DNA of 63,747 nucleotides, filler included, from Choristocarpus tenellus KU-1152 (Eukaryota > Protista > Phaeophyceae), in the NCBI GenBank assembly GCA_964200185.2. It is 14 parts of 14 records of this genome, joined end to end, with 100 filler letters (N's around TTAATTAATTAA, not from the genome) between each part and the next. Parts side by side here need not be neighbours in the genome. Positions count along the whole stretch, not along the records: positions 52,505 to 56,592 come from CAXNAD020016290.1; positions 56,693 to 60,643 come from CAXNAD020016973.1; positions 60,744 to 63,747 come from CAXNAD020023005.1; 11 more parts are not named here. One strand, written 5' to 3'. Shown one piece after another: positions 52,626 to 62,650 of the stretch; position 1 is the first letter of the stretch; every line of letters starts with the position of its first letter. The position numbers and the translations under genes are program-made. The notes beneath the pieces are model-generated. The model was not told the origin of the DNA and did not search any database. It was given only the letters and a program-made list of their open reading frames with translations.

Positions 52626-55600
52626 CTGCAGTGTCTACCAATCGAACAGGCTTGCCCCCCCAGGTCCACTCCACAGCTACAGCATCTCTGGTCAGGCCGG
52701 GAACGGGACCGGTCAGCGCACGTTCCTCATTGAGGATGGCGTTTAGGATAGAAGACTTGCCTGAAAAGAAAGAATAGGAAAAGAATCGGAAAAACCTGAA
52801 ACAAAAAAAAAGATAAGCATAGACTCAGGATTTGAATGGGCAAGTTAAAGTTTGTTCTTTGGTTTATGGGTGGTACTGTAGTGTAAGCGTGCTTCACCAT
52901 GTAAAAAACGCATCTTATTCTAAATAGTTGAATCACTGCGAGTACACTATAATAAAATAATAATAATAATAATAATGATGTCTGTTGCAAAAAAAGAAAT
53001 GATACAGGAGCTTACAGCATGCCATTCCCGGCACATTCCAACACTACCCCCCCCCCCCCAAACACTACAGAAAGAGAGCATCACACTAGTTACTACACCA
53101 CAGCAACCTCCTTAGACTGGATAGGCATACAGGCAAAGCATTTTCTGGATGGGCTGGTGCTGTGAAGTCATGTTGAGTGTGGTAGGGGGGTGAAGGACTT
53201 TAGTTGGGTGGGATCAGTGAAGTCACCCCCTGCAACAGACCGTGTAAGTTACTGTTCAAATGAAACTCTCCAGGTTTGCCATGCATGTTCTAAACTGGAG
53301 ACATTGGTTTTATCGGCTCCAAGGGGCTTGAGTGACTGTTGAGTGCATTGATTTGACTCGTGGGACTCTTCACTCAACCACCTTTGTAGTGTCAGTAGAG
53401 GAGCAGTTTTAACGTTATCGCAATTGTGCTAAACTTCATCACATTTTATTCTTCTAACTTTTTTTTTATTTTTATCGAACTGCGTAACATCAATATTAAA
53501 TTCATGTAACTGTATTGAACTTACCATATATTATCAACTGCACATAGTTCTAACTCTTCTCAGTGTATGCAAAGAACCCTCCCACAAAAAACAATTAACC
53601 AAAAAATACCATTATTCAGCTGCATATAGTACCAACTCTATTATCTCCATTTTGGTTGGGTTAATTCCATTCTTCACTTTGCATATCCCTTCGCCTTCTT
53701 TACCAAACACCTACATGCATGGCAACATCCACTACTATAATAAAAAAAGTAATCTTGTCCAGTAACTCGACAGAGTATAATCCAATAAGATACTTAAGAA
53801 AACCACTGTGAGGTAAGATAAACCCACCAACATTTGGACGTCCCACCAGAGCCATTTGCACTGGTGATGCCTCCATCCCCTCTTCACCACTCTCTTCCTT
53901 CTCCTCCTCTGCAGTCATTGCCATCGCCTTACCAACAGATAGAAAATCAACATGACCACAACGCAATAGTTCAGAGCTTGGCAGCAATAGGACACATATA
54001 ATTTTTTTTGTAAAATTAATGTAACAGCAATTCTACATACTATTGATTGATAGTTTCATTTAATGGACACTGTCATATTGAATTTGGAGGTGAGGTGATG
54101 GCATTTGACACAATTGATCATTGGTCTACTAGAGTTGTTTGAAAATTTCCTACATGAATGTTCTTAATAGTAAAGTGTGCTACTTTTTGTGTGAAATATT
54201 AAAAGTATGTTAGGTATTAAAATGACATGTACATGTACATGTATCCTTTTTCCAATTTCCTTGTCTGCTTTCTCATACAAAACTATTAATGGACTCAGAT
54301 ATCACAATAACTTCGATATATATATCATTGTTAAAAAGATGAGCCGAATGTCTTAGCACACACTGTGTAATAACTAATAAAAATAATAACTCCTCTCTGA
54401 CCAACCAATGAATAGTTAGTACACAATGCTATGATACTAAACACCAATGGCATGAAGAAATGTGTGTAATGGACATATTAGATAAACACTGTAAACACTA
54501 TACACACATTTTAGATAAACACTGTAAACACTATACACACATATTAGACACACACTGTAAACACTATACACACATATTAGATAAACACTGTAAACACTAT
54601 ACACACATATTAGACACACACTGTAAACACTATACACACATATTAGATAAACACTGTAAACACTATACACACATATTAGATAAACACTGTAAGCACTATA
54701 CACACATTTTAGATACACACTGTAAACACTATACACACATGGCAGCAGAGAGTGTAGCATTTCACACACCTGACTCTGCTCCTCCCAGAGGTTGTAATGA
54801 GGCACTATTGCTGCTGCAAGCTCTCCCATACCATCACCATGCTCTGCTGATATTGCCAATACCTCTCCAAATCCCAGTCTTACTCCAAAGTGAACAGAGG
54901 AATCAGAAGAGAGGTATTGCATGTGTGTGAGTGTGTGTGTGTGAGAGAGAGAGAGTGAAAGGTATTGAGGGCAGAGGGGGAAGGGCTGTGTAGGTAGGGT
55001 TAGGGTTAGGGTACATGATATCGTAAAAATGAGGTACTCCTGGAAAGAGTTACATTTTGGGAACAAACACACTACCACTCCACTACTTTATGACTTCACC
55101 AAGTACTTTGCAGAGGTCAGCATCCAATAACCAGCAGTAGTGATTTGAAAGAACAATACGTAATTTTGGGCGGTGTGATGTAAAATACTAAGTACAAAAC
55201 TCAAAGATCATGCACAAAGTGGTTAATTGATCTATCTTGTACTGAATGTATCAATTTAACTATTCATCTTATACCGATATCAATGAATACTGCATCACAA
55301 TGCAACAATGATATCAATGAATACAGACGCATTCGAGTTCTCAATTCTTGGCATAAATCATTAACTTCAGGATTTGATCAACAGCCCCCCCTGCATGCAT
55401 GCCTGAAAACTGTTTATATTTGGAACATACCTCCATCTCAATCCAGCATCTATACCCAAATCTACCACAGGGGCACGCCTTCCTACTCTCACACTTCCTT
55501 TCCTTGAAGGACAAGTAATGGTATGAAATGTATAAACTACCCTATATATGTAGGGCACATATAAATATATATATATATAAGTACAGATATTTCAGGGGGT

Positions 55601-56016
55601 CTTCCCTAAGAGCCTAAAATCTTAGTGAAGCATATAGACTTAGTCTCTACCTACTCTGCGCTGCCTGCCATGAAGCCACAAGAAACGCCTTCCCCACACA
55701 CTAATAAAACACCCTCCAATCTATTCGAAAAGATACCGAACAGTGTGTAATGCACATCAGAAAAAAAACAAAAAAAACATCAGAAAAAAGAAAATGTTCA
55801 AAGGACTGCCACAAGCACAGATGGGCAGGCACACAGGCACATACATACAAACAGTGCACCCATAAAACACCACCAAACCAATTGACAGGCACCCTACAGA
55901 ATAGGCACCTCTTGCAATCTTCCAGCGTGTTGAGCATGTCCTCTGTGAGATGTCCTTCTGTCTTGTTTGCCACCATGTAGACATGTCGACCTTCCCCTTG
56001 CCTCTTCCGAATCCAC
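52626..56016 (-). CDS. der: Double-Era GTPase Der/EngA, internal exons 56016-55909, 54878-54770, 53927-53828, 52760-52626
   Basis: In-frame splice gives GD1 end (VANKTEG; RLGFGEVLAISAEHGDG), acidic linker, and GD2 G1-G3 (ALVGRPNVG/KSSILN; GLTRDAV; LVDTAG). Confidence 0.95.
54475..54740. repeat. 33-bp minisatellite (~8 copies) in Der intron
   Basis: Unit CACTGTAAACACTATACACACATATTAGATAAA with minor variants. Confidence 0.95.
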
Positions 56017-56692
56017 CTTTTTTTTTTTTCATTGTCAAAAAACGCATGTGTACGTGCGTACGCACGCAATACCTTACATGCCCGTAGAAAAAAAAAGTAC
56101 GGTACAGGACAGGAACGCCACCGCTCACCCTCCCACAAAAGAGTCAGTTTTGATGAAAATATAATTTTTAATACATCTTTTTTGGCAAATACATCGATAA
56201 AAAGAAACAAGGGTGGAATGAAAATGCACTATTATTACAACAACAGTAATAATAACAATAAAATAATACTACTACAGGTAAAAGGGGGTGGGGGTGGGGG
56301 GGGGGGGGGGGTGTGTGATGATAATTTCATGTATCCGCTGCTCCATGTCAAGCAATATATTACCAGTTCTAGAAGCACCTTGTAATGGTGTTTCATTCAC
56401 ACCCAAACATGTCTTTTTTTTTGTATTATTATCAGGAAAATTAACGGTACCAGTAGGTACAACAGGGCCCACTGATTGGTTAAATTACATTTACTAACAG
56501 CCGTGGCCCAGCCCTGTCAAAACATGCTTTGTTTAACGTGGCCATCATGACGTGGTATGACTGCAAAAAAATAAAATGGGATCAAAGTATCTNNNNNNNN
56601 NNNNNNNNNNNNNNNNNNNNNNNNNNNNNNNNNNNNTTAATTAATTAANNNNNNNNNNNNNNNNNNNNNNNNNNNNNNNNNNNNNNNNNNNN

Positions 56693-56846
56693 CGGCTGTC
56701 CATTTGGGGTCGATTTTTTCATGTCGCGATTTTTGGGTGATTTGGTTACATTCGTCGGATGGATAATGTAAGTGCACTTTTTCTAGTTTTGATCCAAATA
56801 GACACCCTGGTGTAGACAACCCCCCTCCCCCCAGATACTCTGGATC
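56693..56846 (+). mobile_element. MITE family A (left end cut by contig start)
   Basis: Interior and right TIR CCCAGATACTCTGGATC match other copies. Confidence 0.85.
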
Positions 56847-57420
56847 AGATGGCACTAGCAGCACAGAGGATGAGGAGGTGTTTGGGATGGGCGCAAGGGG
56901 CACACTGGGACAAACATTGTCGATGCTGTCAACACAGCCAACATCACCGCTAGAAGTGGCTGCTTGGCGGAGTTGAATTCACCAGGGGTTATAAAAACCA
57001 ACTCTTTGGTCTCACGAACACTACGAGAGCTACAGCTGAAGATAGTAACAGCAGAGATCGAGTTCATCTCCAGAGGGACGTTGGAGACGAGAGGGAGGGT
57101 GGGTGTATGGGAATTAGCTGGACAGCAGCACAAGACAAGGGGGAGGAGATTGCCAATGGTGGCTTAGTGAGGGGTATTGGAGACGTGCACGGATGCAAAA
57201 CGTTGCTGAAGATGGAATGGTTGACCAAAGTCAAGAGTATCAAGAGCTGGTGCTAATTAGGGATGCACTGATGCAATGCAGGTCAGCCCTTCTTGCACAG
57301 GACACGCTCGGGAGTGAAGTATTGAAACACGCAGCAAAGGAGCAGGTGGGTTTAGTGATTTCCTCTGTTGCTGTCGGGTTTATTGCATCTCTTGTGTACA
57401 AGTTTCATCATCAGGATAGA

Positions 57421-57599
57421 GAACCAAAGTATCCGCGGGGGAGGGGAGGTCTAAACCAGGGTGTCCATTTGGGTCAAAACCAGGAAAAGTACACTTACAT
57501 TATCCATCCAACGTATGCAACCAAATCACCCAAAACTCGCGACATGAAACAATTGACACCAAATGACAGCTGCAACTCCCACCCCAGATACTTTGAGCC
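57421..57599 (-). mobile_element. MITE family A full copy, reverse orientation
   Basis: GAACCAAAGTATCC ... CCCCAGATACTTTGAGCC; interior is the reverse complement of 9988-10153. Confidence 0.9.
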
Positions 57600-58479
57600 A
57601 AGATTGACTGTGAGTGCATCTTATTTGCTTCACTGTATTGTTGCTTGAGTGTTATTGAGGTGATACTGTGTGAGATTCTTGTCAAGAGCAGGTGAAAAGA
57701 AGTCGCTGAGGCGAGACTGAGGTCAAGTCCTGGCCAGAGTATCAAGACACCAGATACTTTTGGTACTTCTCAAATTGATCCTAAAATCTATGTTGTTGTC
57801 TCCTTATTAATTTGTACAGTGTTCCCAGCTGGAGTGCCGTATGATGGTGATGATAGAACCAGTAGAAACTCATACAAACCTTTGTTTCACCACAGAACAT
57901 TGCAACGTAAAACTGCCTCTGAAAGCTAGAGACCCTTGTTAGGCTGTTGATACAAAGCACGCTTCCCAATCCGCATCAGTAAGAACAAGTCCCTGCAAAC
58001 TCTTCAAACATTTATGAAACATTAATGAAAGATCGAAGAGCTAGCTGAGACATCCGGTGGGTAGGGAAAGTGCTTCAAACGAAGCAATTCCACCAATGAA
58101 ATATGTAAGCCCAGGTGCTAACTGACCATTGAGCCAATCGGATGGATCGGATTTGCATCTTTTGCCTACTCCATAATCTTCAAAACTGATCTTGATAACG
58201 CCTATATGCTAGAGTTAGGGTTAGGGTTAGGGTTAGGGCTGGGCTTGTGGTCTTCCATACATGGCCTCTGTGTGGCTTGATGCCCCAACCATGAGTGCTT
58301 TCTGTGTGTTTCCTCTACTGTTGGAGAAGTACTACATGTTACTACAAGTATTAATGTAGTCCTGAGTGGTCGTTGCTCTATGCTGGGCTGGTCACTGCAT
58401 AATGAAACTGCATGTTCAAGGTTTATTGATGGAAGTCCACAAGGGAGTCAATGTAATCGAGAAATACCAAGAGTTGCAT

Positions 58480-58710
58480 CTTAAGGATGCCAGCAAATCT
58501 TCGCAAAATTCGACATTTTTTCACAAAATGCGTATAGGACATTTTCCGAATTGTGTTGAAAAAATTAAAACCATGAGAGAAATCGACCCTATCGAGTCAA
58601 ACTTAGACCTTAATCCTGAGAAATATGGGTGAATCGCACAAGATTGGAAAATTTGCTCATGATGCAAAACAACCAAAAACCTGGGTACCTCTGGTTTACT
58701 CTGACACAAT
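58480..58710 (+). repeat. Dispersed repeat family C copy
   Basis: Similar to 60185-60420 and to the reverse complement of 6390-6600. Confidence 0.75.
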
Positions 58711-59072
58711 CTAGAAATATTGTATACTTTAGGGCAGGAAGAACGTAGGAGGGAAAGATACAAGGGGAATAGCTCTAGGCAAAAAAGAGTTTTGAGGTGA
58801 TAATATTCTATTGTTCAATGTCAGAAGAGGAGGTGGCTTAGCTAAGGGGTGCAGTGTTAGCACTTCTAAGGCCCTCTGAGAAATGGTTGTTCTGGATTGT
58901 AGATTGGCCGAGTGGGCTTTGATGTTGTGTTGTGGAGGTTTTGGTGTTATGGATAGTTCAAGGCGATGTCAATCGTTGAGATGCCACTCTTTTGTTGGGT
59001 TGGGAGGCAGTATCTCAATGTTTGATGGGTGAGGGACTTGTAGGAAAGATTCAATTAATTGGTGTTTTGAAT

Positions 59073-59329
59073 TAGCCAAAGTGTCTCAGAGGGTAGAGCC
59101 GCATCCATTTGGGGGCCAAAATCCAATGTTGCGATTTTGGTGTAATTTTGGCTATCGTGTAGTTAGGAAGTGTCAATATCCTTCTTTCGGACACATCTTT
59201 TCATATCGTATACATTTTACCTACTCCAAAAGATTTCCGAGTAGGAAATATCATTAAAAAAAAGTTGCGAAGCCAAGTCCCCACAATGGACAAACAGAAA
59301 AACTTGTGCCCTCTACGATACTTTCACTC
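59073..59329 (-). mobile_element. MITE family B copy 4
   Basis: TAGCCAAAGTGTCTCAGAGGGTA ... CCCTCTACGATACTTTCACTC; flanks AAT/TAT (TSD with one mismatch). Confidence 0.88.
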
Positions 59330-60184
59330 TATTGGGGTTTGAATTGCAAAAGGAAGAAGGAAGATTATGATCTTTTCATTGCACAAACAGAAAAAAACAG
59401 TTTGTGAGGGAACAAAGATATTTGTAAGGCGTTATTGCTGTGAGTGCCATGATTCATCGCTTGGACCCAATATGGCATATGATCTGTGGAACCATCCCTT
59501 GCCGAGTAGCTCTAAAGCCACTTCAAAACACGCCTCAAGCATTGCAAGGCACAGTTTGCCACTTTTGGACTAACCACTCCAAATCTCATACTAAGGAGCT
59601 GACAAGGTCAGAGCTCCAGAGGTGGTTGACAGGGGATGGAAGGCGGGATGGGAGTCTAAAGGGAGGCAAGGGAGTTGTGAAGCAGAACGAGATTGAGACT
59701 AAGCGGAACCTCCCACAGGGAAATAGCCAGTGCAGCAGGTAAGGAAAATGCCTGGTAGTCTTTGGGAAGGTGCAAACGAAGGCCAAGCTGTTGATATTGC
59801 GTTAAGGTAGAGTGTTGATTTTTCTGCAAGAGATAGATGTGGTGATCCTCTGTTTCCTTTTCTTTTTTTTCTCTTTGATTTCTTTTCTTGTTGCTTTTGT
59901 TGTGTGACTTACAAAACAAAATTGCAAGTGCGGTAATCTGAAAGACAAGACATTTCAGCAGATTGGTTCGCTATATTTCCGGATATGTTCGAGATTTTTT
60001 TCCAGACACGTTTTCTCCTAATACTGATTCATTGTGAAGATGATAGTACCCCTCTGTTTTTTCTCACTTGATATGATCAGGCCCTTCTCCTTACAGTGTG
60101 CTTTCGGTGAAATTTCAAAGAGGTATTAGCACAGAATCTCAGAAGAAAGTCAGTGTAGGTGAGTGGTATCCAGAGTTTCATTTT

Positions 60185-60425
60185 TAAGGATGCTGACAAA
60201 ATGTGTACAAAATTCGTCTGTTTTCTGCAAGTGCATATATGACATTTTTTCTGAATTGTGTCAAACATTTCTCAAACAATAGCGAAATCAATGCTCTCGA
60301 GTCAAAACTTTCGACGCCATCCATAAAAATATGAGTGAAAGACAATAGATTGAAAAAACAGAATCTTAAAACTGAAAAAAAGACTACCAAAACCTGGGTA
60401 GCTCCTGTTTGCCTTGGCTCAGTGA
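60185..60425 (+). repeat. Dispersed repeat family C copy
   Basis: TTAAGGATGC...GACATTTT...TCGAGTCAAA...AAAACCTGGGTA shared with 58480-58710. Confidence 0.75.
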
Positions 60426-61963
60426 CTTGAAATGCAAGACGGCCATACTCTGGGTAGCTTCTGTTTACTTTGGCTCAGTGATGACATCGATATTCAGATC
60501 TAGATAAAACATCTCCTGCACAGTCCTCTTGCTGCTCTCTTTTGCGATCAAAAGGCAATGTACACCACCCTTGGAGGTGGGTGTGAATCCCTTTCCTTCA
60601 GCTCCTCTACGGCAGAATCGGTAGAGCTATTGCACAAGCGATGNNNNNNNNNNNNNNNNNNNNNNNNNNNNNNNNNNNNNNNNNNNNTTAATTAATTAAN
60701 NNNNNNNNNNNNNNNNNNNNNNNNNNNNNNNNNNNNNNNNNNNCGTGTACTAGAGAAACGTTGAGTCATTTGATATTATGAGTCATCCAATGTAAGGACT
60801 GGTGAGCCCCACCTAGTACAGGTATCTCACTCTCTTCTCAACTGTGGTAAAGTTAATAAACAATAATATAACTAGTTGTGTGAGACAACAGATCGTCAAG
60901 GACAACTTAACATGACCCTAACCCTAAGCCTAACCTTTATAATCGGTACAGAAGAACACAAGATGGAGAACCGTGAAATAAATATTAATAACAAGACCGG
61001 CTCTACCTTGAACTTACCTGTTTTTTAATTGACCTGTTCATTTCATTTTCTGATAAACGTAAAAAAAAGTGAACAAAATCAAAGATGAAAAGAAGAAAAT
61101 CCTCACAAACATATCTCCTTACCTTTTCTTTCTTCTATTACTATGAAACTCCCACCATATGCCAAATCTAACATCAATTTAGATATTTCTTAGATTTTAT
61201 TATATATTACCCTCCACCCTCATCCTTACACCCAACCAGCATAATATGTGCTACTTGTAAATCAAATACTAAAAAGGAGTTATTACACACAAATGTCAAA
61301 AAGTCATTTTTTTCCCCAACCTACCCGTTCTTTCATTTCACCTGCAAATGGAATTATAAGAAACATACTACAAGGGTGGGAAAATCAATATATTTTTAGC
61401 CAAATAAAGAACCATCTGTACCTGACTATACCCTAACTTTGTTTAATTTTTAATTTTGTCTTGGAAGTATATAATCCCCTAACCCTAACCCTAACCTATA
61501 TACAATTGTTCTATTGGCACTTACACCAACTTTCTCTGTTTTCTATTCACACCAAATTTGAATATATTGGAAGTAAATGTAGTCCAACACAAAGATGAAT
61601 ACAATCCAACCAAAAACAGGAAAATATTATATCAACCATTCCCCCCCCTTCTCAAAGTCTAGTCTCTTTTTTATCTCCATCTTCTTCTATCTCTAATGCA
61701 GCCAGATGTGTCAAACAAGATGTGCTCATTCCGCATTTGTAGTGGTAGGGTTTTTGACTGCGATAGTTTGATTTCGTTCAGTTAAATGACTGGAAAGAAC
61801 AAGAGAAAAAGTTGTTGATTTGGACAGTATCAAAAGCAAACGTTTCTTTGAAACCAGTGCCATAGTATTTAGTCAACATAGCGCTCTCATATTGGGGTCC
61901 CCATTTATATTTGTTTCTATTAGCAGCCACTTTGCGATACCAACCTAGCATAGTAGTTTCATT

Positions 61964-62144
61964 GGCTCAAAGTATCTGGGAAGGGTGACCGCTGTCTATT
62001 TTGGGCCAGTTTTTTCCATGTCGCGATTTTTGGGTTATTTGGTTGCATACGTCGGATAGATAATGTAAGTGCACTTTTCCTGGCTATGGTCCAAAATGGA
62101 CAGACACCCTGGTGTAGACACCCACCCCCTCCCCAGATTGGGTC
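61964..62144 (+). mobile_element. MITE family A full copy (right TIR partly deleted)
   Basis: GGCTCAAAGTATCTGGG ... CCCCAGATTGGGTC; interior matches the family. Confidence 0.88.
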
Positions 62145-62359
62145 TCATTTGAGGGTCCTCCATATTTGGGCATTTTGAAGGTGTATTTCACTTAGCTGTC
62201 GCTAGAAGTAGAGAGATGGATATTGGTAACTACTGTCAGACGCCCCATCCACAATTTTAGGTCCCTGCCCTCCCGAGCCCCTGTCCCCAAGAGACAATAT
62301 GTAGTCAACAATAGAAAGTGTAGAAAAGAACCAATAAAACATTAATAATACTTGAAAGT

Positions 62360-62650
62360 GAGTGAGAGTATCTTAGGGTTAGGGTAGGAGTTTTGCCCTG
62401 TTTGTCCGTTTGGGGCTTGACTTCCCATGGGTTTTTTTATGACATTTTCCTACTCCAAAACATTTCGGAGTAGGTAAACACAGTAGGTAAACATTTCGGA
62501 GTAGGTAAAATGTATACGTTATGAAAAGGTGTGTCCAGAACAAGGATATTGACACTTCCCAACAAACACAATGGCCAAAATTATATCAAAATCACAACGG
62601 ATTTTGGACCCCAAATGGACGCGGCTCTACCCTCTCAGATACTTTGGCTC
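62360..62650 (+). mobile_element. MITE family B copy 5 (TSD AGT; internal duplication)
   Basis: GAGTGAGAGTATCTTAGGGTTAGGGTA ... TACCCTCTCAGATACTTTGGCTC; AGT on both flanks; AAACATTTCGGAGTAGGTAAA duplicated. Confidence 0.9.

Noticed and set aside
54460-54930. His/Cys-rich repeat ORF (HCKHYTHILDK)n as a metal-binding protein
   Set aside because: It is the antisense translation of an intronic 33-bp minisatellite within der.
15656-56016. Apparent cluster of organelle-biogenesis genes (RbcX-like, PDF, Der), or of trafficking genes (synergin-like plus YxxPhi phosphatase)
   Set aside because: They lie on different contigs joined artificially, so there is no evidence of linkage.
29196-56016. Bacterial contamination or recent HGT suggested by def and der
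   Set aside because: Both are split by long spliceosomal introns and fit nucleus-encoded organellar proteins.
56850-57350. Coding exon(s) between two MITE A copies
   Set aside because: The frames are interrupted by stops and there is no recognisable homology.
4643-60743. Regularly recurring TTAATTAATTAA between N runs as a biological repeat or CRISPR-like array
   Set aside because: Fixed-length artificial linker with six-frame stops, used to concatenate contigs.
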